DNA from: Flectonema sp. DT1601
Taxonomy: Eukaryota
DNA: 64,000 nt
Assembly: GCA_964019425.1 (NCBI GenBank)
Contig: OZ025801.1
Span: forward strand, 496,001-560,000
Direction of reading: 5' to 3'
Shown: positions 19,401-32,887 of the stretch, piece by piece
How the letters are laid out: every line of letters begins with the position of its first letter
Position numbering within the stretch: position 1 is the first letter of the stretch
Made by a program: the position numbers and the translations under genes
The notes under the pieces: generated by a model
What the model saw: only the letters and a program-made list of their open reading frames with translations
Database searches by the model: none
Told to the model about the DNA's origin: nothing

Positions 19401-19584
19401 GTCGGTTGCCTCAAATAAACGAAAACCGCAGAGAGCTATCATCAGAAATGGATGACAGTAAGTCATTAGTGGAACACACGTTACTGCAATATCTGTGGGT
19501 GATTAACCCAACAAAAGGAATCTCAGTAGCTGGCAATCGTATACTTGGAGCCTCATATATAAACCTGACGTCCAGTTTGTATAA

Positions 19585-19620
<36 letters not shown>

Positions 19621-20414
19621 TAGAGCCTCCGCCAGAGACTATCACTTGATGAATGACTGAAACCAAATCAAAAAAAAGAAGAAACAAAAAAAAAAAGAAA
19701 AAAAAAAAAAAAACCAAAACCAAAACCAAACGGGAAATTAGGAAACATTTCTTAATGGAACAAGATTTTAAGAAGGGGAAATAAAAAAAATCAGCTATAC
19801 ATTTTAAGATGATGTTTTTTACCTGTGCCTTAATAGTATTTTTAAGCTAGGCTCTTCATTTTTCGGAGAGAGAGAGAAAAAAAATGAATTCAGCAACATT
19901 AAAATTAACATAAAAAAAAGTGCAAGGTGGTCAGGGCTGGTTTTTTTTCTTTTTGGCACCCCCTAGCCGTGACATTCAGGTTTGTGTGAAAACCCTGAGG
20001 CCAACCAAGTAAGATAGATTTGCTGATTTTAACTTCAATCAGACGCTCACGTACACCAAATACAAAGTTTTCTTTAAAAAAAAATAATAAAAAAAAAAGA
20101 AAGTGCAAGGAAAGGGCATGGCGGACACTAAACACTATCAGCGCTGTGCAAACTGAGCCGCACGTTCTTCCATTCCGAGCTTTTTAAAAAAGAGATTCTA
20201 AAAAAATAAATTTAAAAAAAAAAAAAGAAGGCAAACATAGAAACAGCAACGCAATCACCTATTCTGGATTCAGAAAGTAATTATATTTTATTATTATTTT
20301 TTTTTGTTTTTTGCTTTTTTCTATTTGTTTTCTCTCTTCTTTTTTTTTTCCTTTTTTTTTTCAAGAATTCTTCTTCAGCAACTGTCAAAACACGAACAAC
20401 AACAACAACAACAA

Positions 20415-20449
<35 letters not shown>

Positions 20450-20583
20450 ATAATAGCAAATCACTCACTTGTCCACAAAAATAATTCTGCACAATTTTCC
20501 GAAACAGGTGGAGGATTTGGGTAGAGATATCTGACTACCCTTCCTCTATCTTGGTCTCTCCCTTCCTGCAATTTCTCTCCTCG

Positions 20584-20621
<38 letters not shown>

Positions 20622-20699
20622 AAAACAATTCATAAAACCGACTAGCAGAACACATTTAGGGACGTAGATGATTAGTTTTTTGCGCAAAAGGTGATTTTT

Positions 20700-20855
20700 G
20701 AAAGAGAACTATTCGGATGAAGCCTTTTTTTTTTTTTTTTTTGCTGATCACTGACAGTATTACTGACACAGGGGAAATAGATAACATTTTGACCATAATA
20801 AAATAATGGCTCTTAATCTGAATAGTTTCTTCTCCGACTACGTCGGTGCAAAAAA
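20700..20855 (-). mobile_element. Helentron/HINE-like family C copy
   Basis: Sub-terminal inverted repeats gaactattcggat / atctgaatagttt; terminal hairpin CCGAC-TAC-GTCGG (20834-20846) next to an A-run. Confidence 0.7.
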
Positions 20856-20906
20856 GAATAAATTTAAAAATCAAAAAGAAAGGAGTAATTCGATACCGCA
20901 TTTTTA

Positions 20907-21420
20907 AAGCTCAAAAGGAATAACAGTTTCTCCGACTATCTTGACTGTCAGTGGCAGCGTAGTAAACGACTTGCAAATAAACAAATAACGCCACTGAAGG
21001 CCACATGAACATAGTTGAGCGCCACTTGCCTATGTTATCGTTACAGTTTTTTATAAAACTCATGAGTACTTAAATAATACCTGAAAAATTAACCATAGAA
21101 AAACGAACCACTAGGAAGGGGAGGGGCGGCCTTTGTCATTTAGCCGTATATAATAGTATTTGATGATACGAAAACTGTATTAAAAGTATGGCGAAATACG
21201 TTATGAAATGAATAACGTAGCACACCTCACTACTAACAAAAAAAGAAGTGATAATCCGCATATATGCTCAACAGCCGGTAATGTGGCAAAGTGCTTCCAG
21301 CACTCCACTCCCCTAGCTGTCATAAATGCAAATCAAAATGCCCTTCATGGCTAGTCACTAGGGGGTGACGGGATTGGAAATAAGAGACGGGAAAGAAAGA
21401 TGGTCTTCGGTCCTGCCGCT
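20907..21420. repeat. Family A copy
   Basis: Colinear similarity to 4838-5357. Confidence 0.85.
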
Positions 21421-21771
21421 CCAAAATTAAAAAAGGGCGAGCAGAACATCCTCGGGGGGAAAAAAAAAGAGTGAGAGGGTGATACTTTGACGTACTTTTC
21501 GACAATAAGCTGAAAAATAATAAAGAAAATATAATGTGTCGAATAACCTCCCAAAAAAAAAAAAAAAAAAAAAAGAAGATCTCTATAAGGACTTGACTCT
21601 ACCCATCAGTAGTGAGCAACCGAAGGTTAATCCTCGTTGCAAAGAAAAAGTCTTCAAAATTCAACAACCGTCTTAACTATGGGAAAGTGATGTTAAAGTT
21701 GAAAGCGTAATCGACGATACTCCATTTCGATACTGATGAACGCAGGAGATTTATCTTTTTGTCGAATTCCC

Positions 21772-23351
21772 TTACACATTGCGAGAAGTCATTGCGCTGA
21801 TCTTTTCACCGCAGATAGGACACATTATGTTCTGTTTTATTTATATTATGTAGGCCGCAAATAAAAATGCAACAACAAAAAAAAAAAAAAAAAAAAAAAT
21901 CAAAATCATACCCGAGAAGCACAAGATCCGCACAAACGATGACCACAAGTAGTAAATATAAATTTATCACCACCACCGCAAGCACGACAGAGAATCTGTG
22001 GAGGAGAAGGTGAGAGACCCTTTTGGCTATCTCTCCTATCACGAGGAAGTGCCATTGTCGATCGTCTCTCACGTGAAGGGGATGATGTCAGAGGTGCTAG
22101 TTTCGTACTTGGCATCGACTGACGGCGAAGTGATTTTGGTGATAGCGGTGATGGAGAACGACCCTCTCGACTACTAAACTTTGGAACAACAAGACTAGGC
22201 AATCGAGGTTTCATTCTCTTAGGAGGCTCTAAAACAATAGAACCATCATCTGGTTTATTACGAACAGTCATTGAAGCACTTCTAGTTCTATGTGGACTCG
22301 ATGAAGCAGCAAGAGCTGACTTTAACGGTTGTTCCATAGGTCTAATTGGGGGTGGAGGTGGAGGAGTATTTAATCCGTGACTTGAAGCAATATCTACTTC
22401 AGATGTGATTACAACAGTTGACCTCTTCTTATCACCAAGTAGTAGATGTTGTTTATTATTCTTACTCTCCAGAGTAACTCTATTTAATGATCCCATTTTA
22501 CGACGTGGAAACGACGATCCAGACGACATCTGTTGAGGAGTAGCGACCCTATGGCCTTGTAGTAGTATTGATGAGTTCGTTGGAGTAATTTCAATTGTGT
22601 TATAAGTCGATGCGTTCACATCAACGGTCGTAGGAGAAGAGGTACTCCCTCTGTTATATGAATATGTTCTCGCTAAATCAGATAAACTGTTATCACGTTC
22701 CTTGTCAGGAGTCTTCTGATCCATACCAATAGTCATGTCAGGAGATACTTCCATTAAGTCGTTTGATATATAATTAGGTTGGTGTACTAGAACATTGTTA
22801 GTGTGTCGTGTATCGTTGCATATAATTTTCACACCTCGAATGCATGCCCACAGACATGGAAAAAATATTATTGTGATTCCGACTATACAACAAACAAGAC
22901 CAATAGCAGTAAATCCAGCTTCTCCAGGATCTTTCCGTTTGAAATCTGCGCAATCTGCGGAGGGGCCTCCAGCACAGCGATCAGCACAGTCTTGGGCTCG
23001 GACAAAGCAGGTGAATGTAGTTCCTGGTACCCAAGGGCGAGCATCATCAACACCACCTTGGCATTCACCTTCATACTTTACCCAGTGATCGTTACACCAA
23101 TCTCCAGGTCCATCTCGTAGTATTTTTGCTAAATAAAAATACTTTTTTCCCTGACATGCTTGGTCAGCATCCCTTGCATTTGGACAAGTAACTGAACAAG
23201 TCTGATGACTCGCTACTTGTGTGTCAAGTTGGCATGTTAATCCTTCAAAGTCATGTCGTAAGTTGAACCCGATGATCAACAACACCAATCCCAGAAACAC
23301 GGAACATATTGTAGCCAACAACCAAGGGCATCTTTTGTCACCCGCTGACAT
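21772..23351 (-). CDS. Two-TM protein with Cys-rich extracellular loop, disordered Ser/Pro tail and C-terminal C3HC4 RING finger; intron 21832-21911
   Basis: CRAC...CGHRLCGSC is completed by exon 21772-21831 (NIMCPICGEKISAMTSRNV*) through a phase-0 GTATGA...AAAACAG intron. Confidence 0.85.
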
Positions 23352-23919
23352 GCACGCAGCTGGTGCTCTGTAAAAGGGTAAATTAATATCATAATTATAT
23401 CTCAGTAACTTGAAACAGACAAGAACATTAATTAAGGTTCAGCTAATACCTGGTCAGTTTTAAAAAGTTAAAGTTAGAAACCTAACTGCTCTCCAATATG
23501 TGGATTCAGGGGCTACAGGTTGAGCGTCCCATGCCTTGCAGTCCGTTATAATATATTCGACTATCATATAAAGACTGTCGTTAGGGGGAAGGAAGAAAAT
23601 AATATAACGATAAGAAATTTCAGCAACGAAAAACAAAGACGACTATCCGCAACATACAACTCAGTCCAAACCACAAGAGGCACAAAGTGTCTCTTTTTCG
23701 GAATATTACCATCAAAACTACTTCCTTAGTAGGATTTTGGAATCTAACTACAGTTTTCTTTTTTAAATCCCACGACGATACTCCACCTTGGTGATGGTGG
23801 GAACACACACACGAAACGGGGCGGAAAAACTTTTTTTTTTTTCCCCGTACAAACTAACACGTGTTTCACTACTGTAGTCACGGTGGGGTGGATGACAGCA
23901 GACGACATCAATCAAACAC

Positions 23920-26192
23920 CTAGAAAGCATAGTAGTGGTTAGCTCTACTTATTTCAACGGTTAAAGAAGACGGTTGTAGCAGTGGTTGAAATGCACGTTG
24001 AATTGCACTTCTGACATGAGCCTCGTCAACCTCCGATGACGTGCTTACAGATATCGATCCAACAGGAACACCAGGAGTATATTGCCATATGCCGTGTGAT
24101 TTTATTTTCTCAACACCATCAGTAGCAGAAACCTCTCTCAAACAACTGTCTAAGAGTTCTGCCTGATCCTCAGTCAAACACTGAAGAAGAACCCTACCAG
24201 TATCACTGATTAGTGGGATTGATGAAATAAAAATTAAGACAGCTATACAGCAGGAGCATATTGGATCTGCAACTGTCCATCCAGTCCAGCTGACAATCGA
24301 TGAGCTGATGATAACGCCAATAGAGCCGAAGAGATCAGCCAGGATGTGGAGATAGACACCTCTCATGTTCATTGATTGAGTTTTTTCTTTTTTCGGAGAT
24401 TGAGGTGGAGAAGAGCTTCCATGAGAGTGACTGTGTGAATGTGAGTGCGCGTGTCCATGTTTTGGAGAGATTTCAAGACCATGTCCATGGGTTTCTTGAG
24501 TAGGTGAGGCTGGTGAATTGCTCGAAGCATCACCATGACCATGACAACATCCTCCACTACCACCAACATGATGCGCTTCATGAAAAAACACAACACCAAT
24601 CACATTTATAGCCAAACCTCCAACTGATACCGATAACAACCATGACGCATCTATATCTGGAGGGTCCATAATACGCTCAACGCTTTCAATGACGATATAA
24701 ACTGCGATACAAACTAATAAAACACCATTTGTAAACCCTGATAGCACTTCATACCGACCAAGTCCATAATTAAACTCTTCCGTTGCGGGATAGGTAGATA
24801 TTCTGCTGGCGTATAACGCAATTGCGACGCTTGCGGAGTCTAGTAACATGTGAAATGAATCAGAAACGAGTCCTAGAGAGCCAGCATATATACCATAGAG
24901 AAACTCAATGACCATGTAAAATGTAGTGATGCACAAGAAAATAAATAATTTTCTTGAATTCGGATTCCTCAACGTCGCTGATAAGAAATCGTTATTCTCA
25001 AATTCATTTTCCGGCAATTCATAATCAGCGAACGGATCAACAACAAGAGGAGCATTATTTTTTATTATAATTTTATGAGCAGAAGTCAACGCTGACATCA
25101 TTAATATGCAACTCAGACAAAGCAACGCATTATACGTCCAACTAAGAGGCGTATTTCCCGGATTATAAACACAAAATAGATGCAACACATAAGCAGTACC
25201 AGCAGCTATCGCTAATTGCCTACGTGGAGTAGTTGATCTGGTCGCGGATGACAATGTTGATGAGCTATTAAATAGCACAGTTGGAATCGTTATGAGAAGT
25301 ACAGAACAGATGAATAAGCAAACTAGTCTGGAAGGTGATTGCAAGACTTGGTACTGATGTTTACTTAACCCACCATATAATAAAACGAACGGAAAAAGCA
25401 TCGGAGCAGCTATTAAAGTAGAGATTGATGTGACCACCTCATGAGATCCAACAGCTTTTGATAACCAGGTTTTTAATGACTTCCTTAACACTTCACTGAT
25501 TGCGTAAATAATCATCAGAATTATACCTGAAGTTGTATCTGGTTGTGGAAATTCAGATTGCTGAGTCGGTTGCCATGTTGGTGTTTCATACCAAATATGT
25601 GCGACTGTTAATATACACATTGACAATATAAATCTCAGAACCATTCCTCTTCTTCTGGTCGCAACACCACCTGAATTTCTATTTTTATGTTCTGTTAGGA
25701 GGGCTACGAATAGATACTCGCAGTACTCCGCAATTATTGCTTGCATTGGGTGGAGCATAATCAAAGCTGTAGCCCACAGAACAAATCCCAAGACCTGCCA
25801 AGCAGCATGCAATACGAGTAGTAAAAGACGTTTTCTTGCCGACTTATTCCAAGTTCCTTTTCTTCTCAAAAGTATTATCGCTCCAGCAAAAGCATGAACG
25901 TAGAATGAGAATACGAATGGAGGCAGTGAAAACATTAACATGACTCCATAACTCAAGAAACAGCTCAATACTCTGGTCAACAATCCACCCAATTGAGAGG
26001 GTGATAATTTTAGTACTTTATTGAATACAGGGCTTGTAGGCCTTTGTGACTTTGAGGTATAAAATGCACTGTTGTTGTTACAATATTTATTTATTATACA
26101 TCACTGTAGAATAATAATCTCGGTCCACTAAAACACTAAAAAAATGCATACTTAGGAAGCAACGAACCCCCTTCACTAAAGTCTTCAGACAT
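23920..26192 (-). CDS. CDF-family zinc transporter with N-terminal multi-TM extension (ZnT5/Msc2-like); intron 26069-26151
   Basis: SLGLVSDSFHMLLD, RYEVLSGFTNG, His-rich loop, NMRGVYLHILADLFGS; upstream exon MSEDFSEGGSLLPN splices in frame. Confidence 0.93.
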
Positions 26193-27052
26193 TTTGTTAT
26201 TGGGAAGGGGAGGGGGGAGTCAACTTAATAATTAATATAAAAAGAAAAATTCAAAAATCAACTATCAATCACAACAACAAAGAATCCTTGTCCTGTTAGA
26301 ACGAGGTGACTATCAAAATAAATATGAATAGTTGACTTCTTCCATAATGAACACCAAACAGTTGTTTTTTTTGTTGTTTTTTGTTGTTTTTTTTGTTAAA
26401 ATAAGGTTCTGTAAGCATAGCTTTTAAAAAACAGACCAAATTCTGGGGATTAAAAAAGGAACAAAAAAAAAAAAAAGGGAACGTTGTTGTTGTTTTTTAG
26501 TTTTGTTTTTTGCGGTAACCATCACCCCTTTTAAGGGTATCACTTCTCACAACAAATAGTCATCCTTAAAAGACACTCAAAAGTGTGAGGTGTATAAAAC
26601 GGGTCTGTGTAAGAAAAATATAAAAAGAAAAAAAACCCATTTCTCGGCTTTAATTTTCGGTTAGTCAGAAAGATTTATAACAAAAAAAAAAAAAAAAAAA
26701 AAAAAAAATACTTTTTTTGGTTTTTTTTTTTTTTTTTTCTATATGTGTACTTCAAAATTTAATAAAGTAATTTTGAATTCGGGGAAAACGAAGAAAATCA
26801 AAAAAAAAGGGAACAAAAACAATTCCCCTTTTCTTCTTATTTTTTATTTTTTTTTCTTTCCACTAGATAAAACAAGAATTAATTCGTGCGTTACAGAACT
26901 ACAAAGGAAAAAACGTGTACTAACTTAGCTTTATAATTGTGTGCAAATAGCTTCTTCATTTACGTGAATACCTTGCAGCTAATAGGGACTCAGAATTAAG
27001 AGAGCGAAGAAGACAGAATAAACACAGCGAAGGCAAAAAAAAGAAAAGGTGC

Positions 27053-28381
27053 TCAGGAGAGTTTAGCGAGAATGGTTTCCATCTTGTCAAGAAACAGATT
27101 ACTATCTTCGTCTGTTATCACGAGGGGAGGTTTAACTCGAATGACATTTGCTTTGTAACCTCCTTTTCCGACTAGAATAGATTCGTTTCGCAAGCCGTTT
27201 AGGATAGCAGTAGCTTGAACAGGATTAGGAGAGTCAGGATCACCATCTTTTGAAATCTCAAACCCAATCATTAATCCTCTTCCTCTAACGTCACTGATGA
27301 TGTTTGGGTACTGGTCTTGTAGTGAACGAAGACCGTTTAAAATAATATCTCCTTGTCGATCACTGTTTTCCTGAAGTTTTTCTGATTCGATCACACGAAG
27401 AGTCTCCAAAGCTACAGCGCAAGCAACAGGATTCCCACCATATGTATTAAAGTAATTCGATCCTGTTAACGAATCTGCTATCTCTTTTTTTACAATTACA
27501 GCTCCTAAAGGCCAACCATTAGCAATTGATTTTGCTGTGACGACGATGTCAGGATCAGCTCCGTCTTGGTCTTTTTGAAAACCCCAATATGTTTCTCCGG
27601 TTCGTCCCCATCCAGTTTGGACTTCATCGGCGATGCAAACCCCTCCGAGAGATTTTATTATTTCAAATGACTTTTTGATGTATCCTTCCGGCATTTCTAT
27701 AACGCCTCCGACACCTTGAAAGGGCTCAACTCCAAAACCGGCAACAGAACTACAGAGATCGTTTCCAGTCGATTCTAAGTCAGAGAGATATTTGTCCACT
27801 GCCTTTGGGTCATTTGATCTGAACACTCCTTTGAACAAGTCAGGAGTCATTGCGTGTTTGACACAAGGATCAGTTACTGCTTTCCAATTAAATCCAGCGC
27901 ATGCAGTAGTCGCCCTGCTTGATCCACCTGAAAGCCCATGATAAGCTGTCCGTAAAGTGATATAATCATTTTGCTTACTGTGAACTCTGGCATTTAAAAT
28001 TGCAAACTCAGTTGATTCACCACCACTGTTAGTAAAAAACACAACCCATTCAGATGTTTGAGGCATTTTTTTCACCATGAATTCGGCTAACTCAGCATTC
28101 TTTTCTTGCAAATATATTTGAGGAACGTGCCAAATCTTTTTCAGTTGTTCCTCTGCAGCCTTGACTACTCTAGGATGATTATGTCCAACTGACGTTGTAC
28201 AAACACCTCCGTATAAATCTAGAAGCTTATTACCAGATTCATCAAAGACATGCTGTCCCTTTCCATGAGTCATTAAAACAGGGTTTGGGTAATATGGAGC
28301 ACCCATCACCGGATGGAGGTATTTTTGACGCTTTGCAATCGCTTCCTCAACAGTCATGTGACACATGCGTGTTGCCTTCAT
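27053..28381 (-). CDS. AGXT2: Class III PLP aminotransferase, alanine-glyoxylate aminotransferase 2-like
   Basis: FFTNSGGES, IADEVQTGWGRTG, DIVVTAKSIANGWPLGAV (PLP lysine), FNTYGGNP, DVRGRGLMIG. Confidence 0.9.
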   Translation of the reverse strand: MKATRMCHMTVEEAIAKRQKYLHPVMGAPYYPNPVLMTHGKGQHVFDESGNKLLDLYGGVCTTSVGHNHPRVVKAAEEQLKKIWHVPQIYLQEKNAELAEFMVKKMPQTSEWVVFFTNSGGESTEFAILNARVHSKQNDYITLRTAYHGLSGGSSRATTACAGFNWKAVTDPCVKHAMTPDLFKGVFRSNDPKAVDKYLSDLESTGNDLCSSVAGFGVEPFQGVGGVIEMPEGYIKKSFEIIKSLGGVCIADEVQTGWGRTGETYWGFQKDQDGADPDIVVTAKSIANGWPLGAVIVKKEIADSLTGSNYFNTYGGNPVACAVALETLRVIESEKLQENSDRQGDIILNGLRSLQDQYPNIISDVRGRGLMIGFEISKDGDPDSPNPVQATAILNGLRNESILVGKGGYKANVIRVKPPLVITDEDSNLFLDKMETILAKLS

Positions 28382-28548
28382 TTTTTTTTATGTTTTTTTT
28401 TTTTTTTTTTTCCCTTCCCCCTTTGTGAAGTTAAAAAGGATGGTAAACGTAAATTTAAACAATTTTTTTTTAAAAAAAAAATTTTCTAAATTACAGCTTT
28501 CCTTTTTTTTTTTTTTTTTTCTTTATAGAAAAAAAGCAAAAAAATAAA

Positions 28549-29022
28549 TTAGTATCCCCAACGCCTTCTTCTAATTGCATATTTAAGTATGAATGTAAAT
28601 CGAAGTACATTTCTTAATTTATTCCAATAGATAGCAGCAGCTCTATCTGGAGGAGGTTTATTCATATGTTTAGTTTTAATGTGAAGCGCGTAGTCGATAG
28701 CTGTGAGTCTTTTCATTAAAATAGTCTTCTCAAATTCCAATTCCTCAACACTTGAAAAAGTCAAATCTTTATTGTGTGTTGTCAGGTATTGGTCCAATAG
28801 TTGTTTAGCTTTCTTTTCTGCGTTTCTTATCGTGCCGTCGCTTCCATCGGTCTGTTCAAGGCGGTTCAGTATCTTACGAGCGGCTGTCTGCGCATCAGAG
28901 TATTCGTTTATATCACCCAAGTCTGATAGATAATTTATTTCATTTTCAGATCTTTGAATTTCTCTAAAATAAGTATCTTTGGGAACGAAAACCATCCCAC
29001 GATCTTCATTGGTGCGATACAT
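28549..29022 (-). CDS. Hypothetical helical protein (possible upstream exons unresolved)
   Basis: 157-aa ORF with coding-like composition between poly(T) tracts. Confidence 0.6.
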   Translation of the reverse strand: MYRTNEDRGMVFVPKDTYFREIQRSENEINYLSDLGDINEYSDAQTAARKILNRLEQTDGSDGTIRNAEKKAKQLLDQYLTTHNKDLTFSSVEELEFEKTILMKRLTAIDYALHIKTKHMNKPPPDRAAAIYWNKLRNVLRFTFILKYAIRRRRWGY

Positions 29023-30494
29023 GCAGCGCCCTTCCTTATTTTTTATTTTTTTATTTTTTTTTTGCTGTTTTTTAAATAAAAGGAATTGTTAGTTATTATA
29101 ATCGGTTCTTAATTATTAATCACTCTTTTTTTTTTTTCTCCCTTATTTTTTTTCCATTTTTTTTTTTTTTTTTAAAAATTGGAAAGAAAAGGAATGAAAA
29201 AAAAAGAAAAACACTCAGTTGTTTTTTTTTTTTTTTTTTTTGTTTATTTCCTTGTTTTTTTTTTTTTCTGAGTTCCCACCTGAGTCTACACTACAGATAT
29301 TTCTTCTTTTTTTTTCTTCTTTTGCTGAGAAAGCTGCGAAGCTCCTCAGTACAAGCAGCTGGTGTTTGGTCAGGAATTGCTCACTCACATTTCCTAACCG
29401 TGCTTGCACACAATAATACACTAAAAAATAATATAAATAAAAAAAAAATATCGTTCTTTTTTTTTTTTTTTTTTCTTCATGGTTTTTTTTCGTTCGTAGA
29501 TATTTCTGTCAAGAAGAAAAAAAAAAAAAAAAAAAAAAAAGTAATGACTAACATTCAGCATTTGAGGCAAACTATCTTCCTTTGCTGCTGATGTTTTACG
29601 AATCCGGAATATGAAATATCATCACTGTTGACACAATGACTTGAAGGATTAAATACTACACAACAAGCTTCAACATTACTAGAACTCATTACGGTATCCC
29701 TGTTTGAATTGTTGTCCGGGGTTGTTGGCGTCTTATAAACAGCATTGCATGATCTCACGTTCACGAGGAATGGCACCCAGCAGATGATTACGCAATAGTA
29801 GAGAAACCAGGCCTGTAACGGGGCGCCTTATTATCTCAGATGACGGTGTAAGTCGAGTTGTGGCAATCGCAAATAGCAATGTTGTGTCTTCAACGCAAGC
29901 ATCCCCTGCAAGCTACGACCTCTTTCACTACAACGAGAGTCGAAGATATGAAGATGGACTTCAGTAGAAGCAGGTTATCGATTGTTTCATTGAGCGTTCG
30001 ACTCTCAGTTTGAAAAATCAACAGAATTCTATCAGATGCTTACCTCGAAGATTAAACACATTATTATGATTTTTCGGTGCCAGCAAGTATCGCGGAAAAA
30101 GCAAAATCTATACTTGGTGAAGTTGGACGGATGAAAGTTTCCTTGGAAGCAAGGAATAGAAGGTTTCAAGAGGCCATGGGGCTGTCGGGACAGCATCTGG
30201 ATGCCGACGTGTCGGGATGACTAACTCGTCCCGCAGAGCTGACAACGACAAGTTGTTAGCTCTGTGTCTCGACATCCCGGTGGGGTTGGCGAGCACGGAC
30301 TGTGTTCGTCCTGTTGACGGACCTGATCGAGGTCAACGCCGAGGCGGTGAAGGAGAGGATGAGGAGAGGCGTCTGGTAGGATCAAAATGGACAAGTAGTC
30401 GACCGAGTGGTAAGACGAAGGTTGGTTTGATATCGTCACAACAAGCTATTCTTAAAAATAACAAAAAAAAAAAAATAGGCGAAATCTGATAACG

Positions 30495-32241
30495 TCATTT
30501 ACATACGTGCATGTTCATCGTTGGAATGTCAGCATCCTCAAATCCTGTTTCTAGAGCGAAAGCTGCCTGGAAATCTTTCTCCGACTGGTCGATCTGAGTC
30601 AGAGCAACGTGAGCCTATTTAAGTTTTTTTATTTGTGTATTTGAGTGTGCAAGGACTTCGACAAAATACTACCTGTTAACATTAGTATTCTATCATACGA
30701 CCAGGGTAAGACAACCCGTGAAATAATTAACAAACATGTGAATCACGAATGTCACATGGTTGTTGGTCGTACTAATGGAGGTTATTACTTTCCAACTATA
30801 AGTAAATATACGGAAAGTGATATTCAAAAACTCTTCCTCAAGGTTGACACGCCTGGAAAATCGGCGGAAGTTACAAACCTCAAAAGAGTACAGAAGGGAA
30901 GTCAACTCCTAACACACCAGATACTGATGTAGTTATGTAAGATATGACAGATAATACAGTGAACAGCCATGAGACTTGAGAAAAACATACCTTTCCACGA
31001 GCTTCGAATGCGTCATGCATCTTAAGATAGGTAGTCTCACTGATGACAAGATTAAGAACGTTGAGGGCTTCAGTAGGTCTTTGGTGGTCAATAAGAGCGT
31101 TTCCAAGAGCGACACGGCATCTGGCAAGACCTTGTTCAGCGAGTCTGACTCCGAGTTGCTTTTGTGTGTTTAAAAGACTGCCGACATCACTGCTGGTCTC
31201 AGTTAGACTCGCCATGGAAATTTGTTCATCAACTGACTTATCACATCCCCTCTGAACTACACCAACATCACCACCTGCATACTTATGCATCAGGAACTGA
31301 GTGTCAGTTGCACCAAATCCATTGAAGTCATTAAAAGCAACCTTTGCTGGGTCATGGCTGTAAGCCGCAAACCCAAAGTCACCCGCAGCAATCGCAGCTT
31401 CAAATGAAATTAAAGCTCTGAGTTCAACATCAGTGAGACCTTTGTATTGTTTTAATGTGGTTTCGAATTCTGGTTCTGGCTTAATGGCCAACTCAGATTC
31501 CAAAACAGAAGCAACATTTGACGAGAGACTACTTCTGTACTTGTAATCGAGGTAATCAGCAAGAGCGAAAATTGATGTCCTGTCGTTGACGTAGGTTTCA
31601 GATTTTGATTTTCTTCCGTTAACTTCCTTAGAAGCGAGTAATGCAGCGGTTTCCAAAACATCAATGGCAGCCTGTTCTCCTCTAACTTGAAGATATTCAC
31701 CGTATACCAATGGGATGGTCCAGTCGAGAGGACAGATTGCAGCCAACTCTTTGTAAATAGCAGCAATCTCAGTGTTCGCGACAGTAGTTGTTGAGAGATT
31801 TTCGTCAGCAATCCCACAGATGCTGTTAACACAGTTGCGGGACATCGCCAGAGTTAGTTTTGATGCAAGAAAAGCTGGGTATTCTGGTTGACCTTGTGTG
31901 ACATTCATCGACGCGATAAATGACTGAGCAGTACCAAAATCATTCATGTTGATGAGCGCTCTTACTTTTCCTAATTGAGCAGCTGCCATGTTTCCCTTTC
32001 CCTTAGCGATAATAGAATCAAATACTGAAAGGGATGCTTTGGCATCAGATTCACTCAAGGCACCAGTTGGCCATAATCTTGAGATCCCTGCTGCTGAACA
32101 CTGTCCCTTCCACGCGCCTGAAGCTAACATGTCCGACTTTGAAACACCCGATGCTGGCGTAGATTCCACAAACCTATGTTTGTAAGTAATAAACCGTACA
32201 CCTGTTCCCTTCTTTACCGCACATCTTAGTGCCTGCTTCAT
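30495..32241 (-). CDS. Mitochondrion-targeted TPR-like protein; intron 30615-30990; last exon uncertain
   Basis: Presequence MKQALRCAVKKGTGVRFIT; TPR-like ALGNAL...EAL and, after splicing, AFEARGK|AHVALTQIDQSEKDFQAAFAL. Confidence 0.75.
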
Positions 32242-32700
32242 AGTATATTTCCTTAATGAACTGAGAGGGGGTGGAGGGGGTGAGAAAAAAAAAGAAATTT
32301 TTAATATAAACGACCAAACTATTTTACTACTTTCATAGTGTCTCTGAATCAGATAGCAGGTAGGGATCGCACAGATTTAATCTCGGGGTCCTTTACTTGA
32401 AAGACGAAGAAGCTAGTCACCGTTTACCTGATCTTTGGTGTTCAGAAACATAGAAAGAAAAGACAAGAAAGAAAAAAAAAAAAGAACTATTCAGATAAAA
32501 AGCTTTTTTTCGGTTTTTATTGGATCGCAGGCAGTGAAAAAAAAATAAAGATAACACTTATTAACAGACAACCATCCGAATTGTTTACCTTCTACCGATT
32601 TCTTTGGTGAAAAATAATAATAATAATTATAGGGGAAGGAAAAGGGTAAATAAAAAACCGATCACTAAAAATAAATAAATAAATAAGTAAACAAATAATA

Positions 32701-32733
<33 letters not shown>

Positions 32734-32887
32734 CGTAGGTAATAAAGCACTACAAGAATGACAACGAATACTCACAAAGCGAGCAATATCACGCAATTTT
32801 TCTTTTGAAGAAGGCAGTTGAACTCGTCACAAATTAAATTGGAAAAGAGTAAAGAGGATGAATTTTTTTCACTATTTTTTTTTTTTA

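Noticed and set aside
19410..19585. Minus-strand peptide LLSSISDDSSLRF resembling a WD40 strand
   Set aside because: Single motif, no start, no second repeat, ends in a stop
14700..21700. Many 60-100-aa ORFs rich in poly-Phe or poly-Lys here and at 37000-40200 and 57400-64000
   Set aside because: Translations of poly(T)/poly(A) tracts
30645..30932. 95-aa plus-strand ORF nested in the TPR gene intron
   Set aside because: Non-ATG start, no recognisable motif, opposite to all other genes
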